From Callorhinchus milii (taxonomy: Eukaryota): a stretch of 64,000 nt of DNA. The notes below the pieces were generated by a model, which was not told the DNA's origin, did not search any database, and was given only the letters and a program-made list of their open reading frames with translations. Of the stretch, positions 37,479 through 49,890 are shown piece by piece (the first letter of the stretch is position 1; every line of letters starts with the position of its first letter). Where the stretch lies: the NCBI RefSeq assembly GCF_018977255.1, contig NW_024704742.1, positions 127,660,001 through 127,724,000 of the forward strand. The letters run 5' to 3'. Both the position numbers and the translations under genes were made by a program.

Positions 37479-38755
37479 GGGGAGGCGTTCAGGTGTTGTT
37501 TGTGTGCCTGTGTGATTGGGTATGTGTATTTGTATATGTGTGATGGCTGGTGGGGAGTGGTGGGGCAGGAGGAAATGAAGAGCAACTTTCTACTGGTCAC
37601 ACCGAGCAATCATTTCAAAATGATTCATCCTGATTAGAAGCAAAAGGCGTCAGAGAAGACAGTAGCATGGATCAAAATGCCAAGTGAACTATTCGAAACA
37701 CAGAAATAATTATTTCCATATGCAACATACATACGGGACACTGCAGAGCACAATTGGCTGCTGCGATTTGCCCACAAAATATACAGTCAATTCACTTTGC
37801 AGTATATTCTGTGCTTTGAGACGTCTCAACGACGTGATACAGCGCTATATCAAATGCAAGGATTATACGAGAATCAGACAAATTCACCCAAGGCGTCGGT
37901 AAAGATTAAAACTACTGTAACTTGCTATTTTAGAACCTAATTGAGATGCTTGAACACTGAAACAATGAGTGCAGATTACTGTCCATTTATAATAACTTTC
38001 CCCTGTTTTGTGTAGAGATCAGTGGCAGCGGTGTAGACTTTATTTCCCCACGTGTGACTGACCTCTACAAATCGCCCCAGGCGCTGGCAATCACAAAGCC
38101 AGAAACCGAGGGTGAGAAGCAAAGGGCAACAGTGTGAGATCACAAACTGTGTTTTACATGAAATTGATCCATGTCACAAGAATTAAAAAATGTTCCAAAC
38201 AGATGCTAAAGGGCCATTGTATTTGAGAGGTGGACTTTCTTTCCTCATGTCTCTCAGATTAGAATGGGTTGGGTGGGGGAGTGAATGCAACTGGAGCACT
38301 GAAACACCATCCCTAATCTTTCAGTTTCTTCTCTGATCAATTGGTATCCTTGAATACTCAGTATAGTGTCCTCTCCAACTCCACTCCTCAATCCTGTCTC
38401 ACAGTTCATGCAGAAGTGTGGAGAGATTAAAGCGATTTGTAATGTGTGTTTAGTGCAAATGGACCATTGTGCGAAAAGAGTATTTTATAAGGTTTTTTGC
38501 ACTTACGGATGTTGGCTCTGGGCAAGAGGTCTCACGGGATATCTTGTTGAAACATTCAAGATCCTCAAGATAAACTAAACCCTTTTCATACCTTTAACAC
38601 AGTCCCCCAAAAATCTACAAGGAAACATGAACTGGAGCTCAAAGAGAGAAGGTGATTAGACAATTCAGATTTAATGACTTTACACACAGCATGGTGAATA
38701 TGTGTAATAAATTGCCTAGGAAGGCAGATTCAGGAAGCAAATAGATGACTATTTG

Positions 38756-40745
38756 ACCATAAGACCATAAGACATAGAAGCAGGAGTAGGCCATTCAGCC
38801 TCTCGAGCCTGCCCCTCCATTTAATAAAATCATGGCTGATCTTCTAACCTAATTCCATTAACCCGTCCTAATCCCATATCCCTTAATCCCTCTATCCTTT
38901 AGAAATCTATCAACTTCAGTCTTGAATATGTTCAAGGACTGAGCATCCACAGCCTTCTGGGGTAGAGAATTCCACAAATTCACTACTCTCTGAGTGAAGA
39001 AATGTTTCCTTAACTCAGTTGGAAAAGGCTGACCCTTAATCACGAGACTATGACCCCTAGTTTTAGATTCTCCAACCAGGGGAAACAGCCTCATTTACCC
39101 TGTCAAGACCCTTAAGAATCTTATAGGTTTCTACAAGATCACCTCTAATTATTCTATATTCTAGAGAATATAGGCCTAGTTTACTCAACCTATCCTCGTA
39201 ATCAAACCCCTTATCCCAGGAACTAACCTAGTGAATCTACGCTGCACCCCTCTAAGATGAGTATATCCTTTCTTAAATAAGGAGACCAAAATTGCACACA
39301 ATATTCTAGGTGCGGTCTCACCAAGGCCTTATACAACTGCAGCAAGACTTCCCTACTCTTGTACTCTAACCCTTTTACAATGAACACCAACATGGCATTA
39401 GCCTTCCTAGTTGCTTGCTGTACCTGCATACTAACTTTTTGTGACTGGTGTACAAGGACACCCAAGTCCCTCTGAACGAGAACACTATCCATTTTTTCCC
39501 CTTCTAAAAAATAATCTGCTCTACTGTTTTTGCTACCTAGGCGGATGACCTCACACTTCCCTACATTATACTTCATCTGCCACCTACTTGCCCACTCACC
39601 TAGCCTATCTATATCTCTCCCTCCTAGTTTAGTGTCATCCGCAAATTTGGATACATTAAGTTCGATGTCCTCATCTAGATCGTTGATGTAGATTGTAAAT
39701 AGTTGAGGCCCAAGCACTGATCCTTGTGGCACTCCACTAGTCACATCCCGCCAATCTGAGAAGGAACCCTTTATCCCTACTATTTGTTTTCTTCCCGTTA
39801 GCCATTCTTCAATCCATGCTAATATAATCCCCTTAATTCCATGGGCTCTAAACTTGTGGATCAACGTTTTATGCGACACTTTATCGAATGCCTATTGGAA
39901 ATCTAAATACACTACATCCACTGATTCCTCCCCTATTAATCTACTTGGTATGTCCTGAAAAAAATCTAAAAGTTTTGTTAAGCATGACTTCCCTTTTGTA
40001 AAGCCATGTTGACTCTGTCTAATCATATTGTGACTCACTAACATTAGCCTCCAGGTTCCCCTCTATTTTCGGTAAGTTTTCAGTGTCCTCTAACGTGAAG
40101 ACAGAAGCAAAATATTTGTTCAATGACTCTGCCATTTTTTTATTCCCCATTATAATTTCTCCTGTCTCTGTCCTGGACCCACATTCACTTTTGATAGTCT
40201 TTTCCTCTTTATGTACTGGTAAAAACTCTTACAATCTGTCTTTATGTTCCTAGCTAGTTTACCCTCATATTCCATTTTCTCCCTCTTAATCAGTTTATTG
40301 GTTTTCCTTTGCTGAACTCTAATCAATGGTCTACCAATCCTCAGGTTTACTGCTTTTTTGGCAGTATTATAGGCCTCTTCTTTTAATTTTATACTTTTCC
40401 TAACTTTTCTAGTTAGCCAAGGTTGAACCACTTTTCCCATGGTATTTTTATTTTTCAAGGCAATATGTGATCGCTGGGAATTATGTATTATATCTTTAAA
40501 TGTTTGCCATTGCTGATCTACTGTCATTTTTTAATCTAATTTTCCAGTCTATTCTAGCCAAATCTTCTCTCATACCTGCAAAGTTGGCTTTATTTAGATT
40601 TAAGACTCTTGCTTTGGATTCAACTATATCACTCTCTAACTTAATGTTAAATTCCATCATGTTATGGTCACTCTGCCCTAGAGGAGCCTTGACTTCCAGA
40701 TTGCTGATTAGCCCTATTTCATTGCACAAAACAAGATCTAGGATG
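38756..40745 (-). mobile_element. CR1 LINE, 5'-truncated, with disrupted ORF2 (reverse transcriptase)
   Basis: ORF 39223-39879 contains GVPQGSVLGP, YINDL, KFADDTKL and RPHLEYCVQFWSP; also LDLVL..LGQSDH (endonuclease end); (TCTTATGG)n tail at 38756-38780; frameshifts and deletions. Confidence 0.97.
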
Positions 40746-40797
40746 GTCTGTATAGCCTGTGTCTGCCAGATGGAATACAATGGTGTTTTCCAGTCAA

Positions 40798-41180
40798 TAA
40801 CAACAACAACTTGCACTTATATAGCATCCTCCATGCAGGGTAGTGCCTCAGAGCGCTTAACAGTGACGGAGCCTGACTCCGAGCTGGGCGGAGGTGGGGA
40901 GGTGGCCATAAGCACAGTTGAAGAGGAAAGTTTTCAGGTGGGACTTGAAAGAGGGAAGAGAGGGGTCAAGGCAGAGGGATTGAGGAAGAGTTTTCCAGAG
41001 TTCTGGGGTGTAGTGGCTGAAAGCACGACTTCCGATGTTAGGACGGAGGGTGCGAGGGACGAGCAGGAGGCTGGTGTCAATCGAGTAGGGGCGCCAGCTG
41101 GTGGATTGGGGAATGAAGATGTCAGAGAGGTAGGGAGGTGCCAGGAAGTGAATGGATTTGAACATGAGTGGGAGGATCTT
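40798..41180 (-). mobile_element. L2 LINE 3' end (fourth subfamily)
   Basis: LAPPYLSD..IGSRAFSH..FKSHLKTFLF; (CAA)n tail. Confidence 0.9.
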
Positions 41181-41439
41181 GATGTCCCGTGCTTTCTTAT
41201 TTCCTATATTCCTATGTGTACTTTGTAAACTTAGCAACAACCATTGAAAAGTTTATGACACATATTGAGAGCTGGAGGTAGCTGGGGAAATGAATTGGTC
41301 TTGCCCTTTGCCGATCAGACTTGGACTGCACTGTATGTGGCACAAGCCACTACAGCATGATCAGACCTGGAGCAGGGCCTTCCTTCCAGCTCTCTGAGTA
41401 CTTACTAATGACAGCTTGCATCCTGCCACATGTACACTT

Positions 41440-41930
41440 CGGACAGTAAACACAGGAGTTTATTGTTGAAATAGACCAAGACTGCAGCCAATTAAAAGGC
41501 CTATAAATGTGTAAACATGCATGAGTGTATTTAAGTAGGTCTCCTTCGTATTGTAAATTTTCTGAAAATAATAGGTGAGGCGGCCCTGACTATTAGCCTC
41601 TGCTCATCAAAGTTACTGCCCAGTCGAGATTACTATCCTGTCAGATGTGTTTCAGATTTGCGGCACACTTAATAAATCATTGCACCTACTATCTTTTCAA
41701 AATCTAAACCAGATGCCATGAAATTGTACTTTGATCTTGTTCTTCCTCATTTTACCCACCTTAAGCCGTGGCTGTATGCTGTGTTCCCCTTGCGTTAAAT
41801 TGCATGGGGGTCAATTTGTGACCCCTGCCAAATTGAAAGGAATGCTACCTGTGACATTAGCGTCTGCTATATGACCCTACTGTATCAATTCAACATATAA
41901 AATGTATTCATTGATTTATTTCCAGTCCAT
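41440..41930. promoter_or_regulatory. candidate enhancer
   Basis: Fox TGTAAACA at 41510, TCF ATCAAAG at 41606, Meis CTGTCA at 41638, and Pbx-Hox TGATTTAT at 41672 (rc) and 41912. Confidence 0.35.
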
Positions 41931-42194
41931 TATATCATTCTTATTTATACAGCATAAAATACACACACAGTTTACTGCCTCAATGGCTTTCTCTTTGAAA
42001 TGGAAAAAAAACACTCTGTACATCTCTACTGCTGTGTAATCAGCCCATTGGGTTTCTCCACTTGGCACGAGAAATACTGTAGTACCCATTAGAACTAATC
42101 ATGTGCATATTAGATTTTGCAAAACATTGGCAATATAAAAATACAGTTTTATATGGACTCTTGAGTACTGCTGCTCCTGGGATTGTAATACACA

Positions 42195-42548
42195 GCCCTA
42201 TTTTTTTATATAGCATCTCATCACTTTGAAATGTCCCGTAACTAATACTTTGCATGCAGCAAACAACAAACAGTCATGTGGTAAATGATCAATTAATCTG
42301 GCCAGCACTCCAGGAGAAACTGCAGCACCATCTTTTTTCAAACAGTTCCATGGTATCTTTGATGCCCCCTGAAGAACAGGCAGATAGGACCTCAGTTTAA
42401 CAACTCATTGAACGATGACACCTCCAATATGACAGCTTTCTCTGTGTAGGTCACTGGGTTGACAGCTTAGAATATGAACTCAAGTCCTGCCATGGGTTTC
42501 AACTTACATCTTCTGATACAAAGATGGCAGTGCTATCACCTGAGCCAA
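42195..42548 (-). mobile_element. DeuSINE (old)
   Basis: ccatggtatctttgatg...aggcagataggacctcagtttaac core. Confidence 0.65.
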
Positions 42549-42699
42549 CAAAGAGCATTGGTTCATAACCCTTAAACAAAGATTTCTTGCTTATATGGAT
42601 TTTATTCACAAATGGATTAAATAATGAACTAAATTTCTGTACGCAGTTCATTAAGTAATTCTGAAGGCAGATGTCCATCAAATAGAGGATGAGGGAATG

Positions 42700-43285
42700 C
42701 TGAGGCTTGGGACGTTGCTCACCTGGAAGTTCATAGAGAGTTCCTGGTACCTGCCATCCACCTCGTGAGGGCTGAAATCCGCACTTGTCAGATGCCAAAA
42801 GACCAACTATGATTATCCTCTTTGGGCCAGGCAGATTCACAGTCCTTAATGACGACAGACCCGCCAGCCTCGCTCATCAACAGAACTTGGAGGGGCAAAT
42901 TAGTAAGTTGGGAGCAGAGCTTTTTCCAACTCAGCTCCTGTTAACCCTGCAAGCCAAAGGCCTAATCTGTAGATTATAGTTTAATAAGCACTGAGAGCCT
43001 GTAGAGACAGTGCTTTCAATGGCAAGCTACGTGGTATTAGCTGGTTAAACTCCAGCAGTATCCCAATTCACACCCTGGGGTCTCCAAGCCTTTGCTCTTG
43101 TACCTAGTACTTACAAGAATTACATAAGTAAAGTGCATCCCTCTGGGGAGAGAGTGCTTATTCCATTCCAGACATGGGAAACTCCATGTGTAGCTGGTTT
43201 GCATGGAACTGTTAGTCTGGTCTGGATACTCTTAAGCATAGTGAAAAGTTTCTGTGTATGTTAGGCACATGGTTAACGAAAAAAT
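42700..43285 (+). mobile_element. unclassified poly(A)-tailed repeat (copy 4, longest)
   Basis: cagctcctgttaaccctgcaagccaaag...ggatactcttaagca...ggttaacg followed by an A-run; reverse of 7543-7905. Confidence 0.7.
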
Positions 43286-43634
43286 TAAGTAATGCAAAAG
43301 TTCACTGAGAATGTTGCCTGAATCCTCCATATTTAATTCTTCATAACAGTCCACCACGCTGTAACAGTCAAATGTAAATTTAGTTATTAAAATTATGTTT
43401 ATATTGGCACCTACATAATCGAATGATGCTTATTGCACTGGTAGCTGAATTTTTCTCTCTTTGGTTGAAAAATACAATAATTTCAAACTTATGCACTTAA
43501 GATTGAGTTACTCTCATTCTAGATTGTGTTTATTTTGATTTTTTAAAAGCCAGTTTTTTAATACCTTAACATGGAATTGCAGACATCCCTAAAATATTCA
43601 CCTCGGAAGTGACTTTTGTTTCAATGTACACTAT

Positions 43635-44386
43635 AATACTCCTTGCACTTGATTTAGCGCCTTCAGTCAGGAAGGTTTTCTGCAAACTGCAGAAATGTAG
43701 ACTGCATTTTGTAGACAAAAGGTATCCAAATGTTATCCAGTTTGCACACAGCAATATCCTACAAACAACCATGAAGTCAATTAAGTGAAAGGATTGTTAT
43801 TGTTGGCCAGCACACTGAGAGAAACTTTCTTCACTTTTCTAATAGTGCCATGGGATCCTTAGCATCTACCCGAACAGACAACAACAGCTTGCATTTATAT
43901 AGCGCCTTTCACTCGGGGTAGCATCCTGAGGTGCTTAATATCGGTGGAGCCTGATGCCAAGCCGGGGGGAAGGAGGAGGTGACCAAAAATACGGTCGAAG
44001 AGGAAAGTCTTCAGTCATGATCTAAATGAGGGGAAGGAGGAGGCAAGGCGGAGGGATTAGGGGTGACAGTTCCAAAGCTTAAGGGTGCAGTGGCTCAAGG
44101 CATGGCTGCTGGTGGTGGAGCAGAGGGGATGAATGACAAGCAGGAGGCCAGAGCCAGCCAAGCAGAGGTAGTGGAATGGGGAGAAAGCAGGTCAGAAAAA
44201 TATGGAGGCGTCAGGGTGTGAAAGGATTTGCAAACAGATGGGACGCAGATTTAACATCTTATCCAAAGGACAGAATTTCCAACACTGCCGCCCGCGTACC
44301 TCGCTAGCGCCACACAATGTAAAGTCAAGTCCGGAAGAGGGGCTTGACTCAAAATGTGGAGTGCTACCAACTCAGCCAGGCTGACA
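43635..44386 (-). mobile_element. DeuSINE interrupted by an L2 3' end (43879-44232)
   Basis: The Deu core breaks at aacagac and resumes at aaacagatggg; the insert has a (CAA)n tail and L2 ORF2-end codons. Confidence 0.8.
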
Positions 44387-44524
44387 CTTCACCACTTTTT
44401 GTTATTAATACTAAATAGCTAAATATGAAGTATGCTAACCTTAAGTGCTAAATATATCCAGGTAAACTGGAAAAATGCAATACAGTATACACCCAAAACA
44501 CACGTGGTTATATATAGTTCACCA

Positions 44525-45005
44525 CAGTAAAACTCACATAAGTCGTATCAATGGCGACCACATCATTTAATATAATTTATGTGAAATCCGAGTTGCGGGC
44601 AAACTGTATAAAATCCGAGTTAATCAATAATTTACACTGCACACACATAATTCAATGCAGCTGGTAAGTGCGTGTGGCGTAGTTTGTCACTGCAAGTGCT
44701 AAGTACGGATGCGGTGACAGGAATTCCATTGAATCGTGAGAAATGAAGTCCTTCTGTGCACACATCAAGCGATCATAACTAGGTTTTCTGCGATTCAATC
44801 CAGCCGGCAGGTCAGGACATCATTTCCCACGATTCAATGCAGCCGGTAAGTGCGGGAGTAATGGAGGGTAGGGGAGCGGAGTTAGGAGGTGAATAATATG
44901 AGTAGTGCAAAGAAATCTAAATGGTTTTGATAGGAAACTGAATGGGAAGCGGTGATTATATGACTTAGGCAAGTTATAAAGATAAGATTTATGCGAGTTT
45001 TACTG
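44525..45005. mobile_element. Tc1/mariner (pogo/Tigger-like) non-autonomous DNA transposon
   Basis: TIRs CAGTAAAACTCACATAAGTC / GATTTATGCGAGTTTTACTG; right flank TA, left flank CA. Confidence 0.75.
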
Positions 45006-46394
45006 TATACTTTCAATGGGTATTTCTTCAAAGTACAAACATGTCTATAACGCATTAGAGTTGCTTGCCATTTTTAAAGATATAACTTTTCAAATGAAGC
45101 ACAAATACGGAATTGTATCGCCACAATGGTTAATGAAATGGAAAATTGCTCTTTCGGGTTAAAAGAGTTCAATTTATGAACTGCCATTATATAATTCAGG
45201 AAGACCATGGTAATTGCCTCTTGAGTATAGCTAAATCCACAGTACTAAAGTGCACACAGATGCAAAATGTTTGAAAATATGGAAAAGTAGGAGGAAGCAA
45301 AGTAATGGCTTTTCCTATTATTAAAATTCAATCTTCATGCCATGCCAATGATTATCCAGTTACGAAAGCTCAAATGATTGTGCCCATGGGTTAGGGTACA
45401 TAAAGACAACACTGAGTTTACCAAAAAATCTGTTTTTTATTTTCTCTTTTGTATTACAGCTATAATGTCATTAAAATTCCCTTTACTCCAAGCTTGGAGA
45501 TCAGTGCTCGATGTTTTTGACACATTTGGAACATATTATCATCACTTCTGGCATTTGAATAGAGGAATGCAATGCAGTCACTGGAGCTGAAATATAAAGT
45601 GAGAGCTGATACGAGCTGCCAAAAATCATAACTATACTGTGTGTTTTTCCAATCAAGACAATCAACTTTGTGGACCAACATCTGAATCATACATGACTTT
45701 CCTTTTAAAATTGCTAATCGTAACTTGAAGAGTTGTGAAAATTGAAGACAAGGTGGTATAACTGATAGAAAGAGCAATTGGAGTTTTACTTTTACTGTTT
45801 CTTTTCCTTTGTAGCAGCAGTTGAGTATATATTAACAGCAAGCCTGTACCAAATCCCTTCCAAATAGACTTCTAATCGTAATGCCGGCTGTGAAGATCTT
45901 CCCATGGAGATAGAAGAACAGCACAGGAGTGATAGGTTTCTAAGGATGGCACAGTAGGCACTGGTGTGTACTGGCAATGAAGGGGGCCTATTCGAGGAGG
46001 GGTGGGGGAGGGTGCCTGGTGCTACCACACAAGCAAGAAAGAAAGCTTAGACAGGTCAGAAAGCATTGAAATGGATGCTGGAATGTTTATTTTTTTCTGT
46101 GTAAAATTGTTCTAATTGTTTGCAAGTATCTATGCAAGTATTGTTCAGATTGTGATATTCCCACTGCAGCAGTTGATGCTAATTTTTTTTTGACGGGGAA
46201 GAGGAAAGAGTGGAGCAGAAATCTCATCTCTTCACTTCCAGTCTTGAACACAGCAGCACCAGCTCAGAACCAATGGCAATTGGATGTTGCCACAGGTGGC
46301 TCTGGCTGCCAACGTTTCTACAACAACAACAACTTACACGTATATATCGCCCTCCACGCAGGGTAGCATCTCAGAGTGCTTTCTAGTGAGAGGG

Positions 46395-47232
46395 CTGGGC
46401 CAATAGAAAAGTGTGGAAATATTTGCCCCAAAAATGCGGGAAGATTTGCACATTCTGTGGGGCATTGCGGGGGAAATTTTGCGTTGATTGATGCTATTGA
46501 AGTACATTTTACCAGTAACCTACATTTTTTCACTTTATTGCTACAAACTAAACATGAGGAAATAACACATATTAGCTTGTTGCAAAAAAAATATTAATTG
46601 CTTCTTTAACAAAAACTGGCTGCAGGAGCTTACCTCCCAACGTGAAAGGTGCTATACAAATGTAATCTTGTTGTTATTGTTACCACCTCATGTCAGCACC
46701 GCACGTAGACACAGAGACCCAGAGAGAGATCCACACACTCAGACAGAGGAGACACATACACATACATTCACAGTGACATTCATAGACACACACACACACA
46801 GAAGAGACATATGGATATACTCACAAACATAAATACAGAGGAGAGAGACACAGACACACTCACACAGACATTCTCAAACACAGAGAGACACACTCACATA
46901 GAGACACTCACAAACACAGAGAGAGAGAGACGCACACAGACACACTCACAAACAGAGAGGGAGACACACTCACACACTCAATCACAAACATACACAGAGA
47001 GAGATAAACACACAGACACACACAAACACATAGAGAGACACAGGAAATCACAACAGTGAGGCCTCCCAGTGAAGCCCATTTCCCGCTTGCACCGCACCGC
47101 ACATGAGCGTCCAGAGCACCCACAGGCATGGCAGGTAAACAGAGCTGAGGTCCGCGGGCCAGAAGCTTTGTTTTAGTGGATTTGTAGCGGGTTCCGTAGG
47201 GAAAGTGCAGCCGCACTTTTCTATTGGCCCAG
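46395..47232. mobile_element. TIR-bounded element (possibly Harbinger-like MITE)
   Basis: 22-bp inverted repeats at 46395-46416 and 47211-47232, 21/22 identical. Confidence 0.55.
46708..47042. repeat. compound (CA)n/(GA)n microsatellite
   Basis: Degenerate acac/agag runs. Confidence 0.9.
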
Positions 47233-47744
47233 GTCATGAGCCATTCTATCACAGAACCCTTGGCGAATGCTCTTAATGGATCTCAAGGCATCGGCACAAC
47301 CTTCAACATCTGCTTCCCAATCATCTGGGACACACTGCGTATCATAGAATCGTGGAAACTTTCAGCACAGAAGGAAACCATCCTGCTGCTGTGCTATTGT
47401 TGGCTGCCTGTACGAGCCATCTAGTGGACCCACTCCCTTGCCTTTTCCCCATACCATTTCCTAGCCAACAAGCCCCCAGATAAAATTGGCCGTTAACTTC
47501 GTGTCTTAAGACCCAGCTCTTTGACCGCGCTTTCGGTCACGTTTCACCTCCCATTCCCTCGGCTTCCATTCCAGTTACTGTTCAGTACTGTTATGTGCTT
47601 TGAGACATCCTCCTGACATACAAGATACTATGTAAATGTAAAATACACAATCAGTACACTTTACAGTGCTTGAGTGCTTGAGTTGATCTCCGAACCTAAA
47701 AGGTTTCATCTCAAATGCAAAGATTATTTTTTTTTACACATAGG

Positions 47745-48062
47745 TTCCTCAGCACTTCCCACCCCACCGTTGGCGGTTGGGCATTCAGCATCTCTGCCCC
47801 ACACTCTGGAACTCTATCCAGCAATCTCTCTACTTCACACACTCTCTTGTTCCTTCAAGTCCCGTCTGAAGAACTTCCCCTTCAACCGTGCCTTCGGCCA
47901 CCTTCCCACCCCCACCCGCCTACCCTCATCCCCTCTGCCCTCTTCTCCTTCTGACCCCAACTTCCAGAGTCAGTCGGGGGTCCGAAACCCCTGATTGTCC
48001 AGCGCCCTGGGACATCTTTCCACCGTGAAGGGCACTATACAAGTGTAACCTGTTGTTGTTGC
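47745..48062 (+). mobile_element. L2 LINE 3' end
   Basis: TVGGWAFS..FKSRLK; (TTG)n tail. Confidence 0.8.
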
Positions 48063-48069
48063 TTTCCTT

Positions 48070-48671
48070 TTCTCTTGTTCATGCCTTTATCACCTTCAGG
48101 CTCGACTGTGCAAATGCCCTGCTTGTCGGCCTTCCCATCTCCTCCCTCCACAGGCTGCAGATAATCCAGAACTCTGCAGCCTGTGTCCTCTCCTGCACCA
48201 AACTCCGTGNCCCCACTCTAGCCCGACTCCATTGGCTCCCTATCATTCAGAGGATCAGTTCAAGATCCAGGTCCTCACCTGCAAAGCCCTCCATGGCCTC
48301 GCCCCACCCTACCTCTGCGACCTCCTAACCCCTACCTATCCGCCCGCTCCCTCTGCTCACCCGGCTCCAGCCTCCTCCATGGCCCCCGACCCACCCGCCC
48401 CACCATTGGCGGGAGAGCCTTCAGCCACTCTACCCCCAGCCTCTGAAATTCCATCCCCCAATCACTCCATCTCACCCCCTCCTTAGCCTCCTTCAAGTCC
48501 TGCCTCAAGACCCTCCTCTTTGACCATGTCATCGGTCACCCCCCTTCCCCTCCCCTCCCTTCTCCCCCCTTGACCCCAGATCGGGTCTGAAATGCTGTAC
48601 ACTGTCCAGCGACTTGGGACGTCCTCCCGACATGAAAGGCATTATACAAATGTAATCTTGTTGTTGTTGTT
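48070..48671 (+). mobile_element. L2 LINE, 5'-truncated (same subfamily as 19160-19830)
   Basis: VHAFITFRLDCANALL..LHWLP..HGLAPPYLCDLL; (TTG)n tail; N at 48210. Confidence 0.93.
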
Positions 48672-49419
48672 TTCAAATGTTTATTTCCTTTTTAAAAGCT
48701 ACTGTGGATTTTACTTTAATCGCACTTTTTTATATTAGGTATTTTCATGTCTTAGCAACCTTCTGTGTAAAAAAAAAGGAATTCTTCTTACCTCTAGCTT
48801 TGGTTTTTGGTAATGATCTTAAATTTCTACCCTAAATCCTGGAATTTAGGTGCAATTGGAAGCAATTTTGCTTCTGCTGGGCCCTGGAAAAAATACTAAC
48901 ATCTCCAACTCTATCTCACTCTGCTAAGGTGGAAGGTAACATATGGCTATAATATAACATAAGGAAAAACACTCTGCAGTACAATTATATTTTGTATACA
49001 GTAAACAATTGTACTTATTGTATAGCCCAATATTATTATTATTACTAATACTTTTTGTTCTTTTTGTCACATGCAGAGATGTGAAGCAAGAAATTTTCAT
49101 AGCATCTTATTGTGTCAAAATATCTTTTAAAAAAAACCTTCAGAAGTAATTCCTGTCGAGTATAGTGACTTTTTTATATAGCCAAACATGGCAGCCATTT
49201 TATGCCAGCAAAGTCCAGTAAAACAACCTTGTGGTGAATGACATATTAATTTGGAGGATTAACTCAATAATCAAGCCAGAATCTAGCTGGAATCACACTA
49301 ATCAGTGCTCTCAACCAGTGATATGTATTTTGGCATTTCAAAGTTTTGATCCATATTTCAGCAGTGTAACATCATACACTTTATTGCGAAGGTGACATCC
49401 AAATTGAATGGAGAACACC

Positions 49420-49890
49420 ATATGATGTAATGTGACTAGACTTTCGAAAGGCATTTGACAATGTACCACATGAGAGACTCCTCCACAAACAGATCTGAGA
49501 AGCAATGCAAAGGAGAGCAATGATGATCCCCAGTTTTAGAGGAATGAACTATGAGCAATGATGGAACAGAGATATCTCCTTTCAACAGAGGCAAATTTAT
49601 ATAAGATTTTAAATGGGATTGAGAAAGTATACCCATAACAATACTTTCAGTGTGCAAGACAGCAGGATATTAAGGACACAGGTTTAGAGTTGCAAAGGGA
49701 AATTTCAGGACAGACACCAGGAAGTATTTCTTTATACAGAGGGTAACCAGGAAGGTGACCAGGAAGGATAGGACATTGGACACATCGAAAAAAGAGCTTG
49801 ATGCTGTGATGGGAAGACATTGAGATGTTCTGGAGGTATGAAATTGGTTTGGCTGAAAGACCTTTTTCATATGAACCTCTTGTGATCTGT
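49420..49890 (+). mobile_element. CR1 LINE fragment with internal deletion
   Basis: LDFRKAFDNVPHERL codons at ~49437; GH.FRV.KGNFRTDTRKYFF-like codons and 3' UTR. Confidence 0.75.

Noticed and set aside
37329..37637. Recurrent peptide WDIAV.NWLPRSPT...KCKDYYY (also 56881 and 58091)
   Set aside because: It is a translation of the SINE body, not a gene family.
39223..39879. 218-aa reverse transcriptase ORF as a functional gene
   Set aside because: It is a fragment of a 5'-truncated, frameshifted CR1 ORF2.
40500..41228. Longest ORF in the window (242 aa, + strand)
   Set aside because: It is an antisense read-through of adjacent CR1 and L2 fragments.
46811..47252. T/H/E/R-rich and V/C/S-rich ORFs
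   Set aside because: They are translations of the CA/GA microsatellite.
48205..48215. Apparent ~9-bp deletion in L2
   Set aside because: It coincides with an N, so it is probably an assembly gap; there is another N at 52600.
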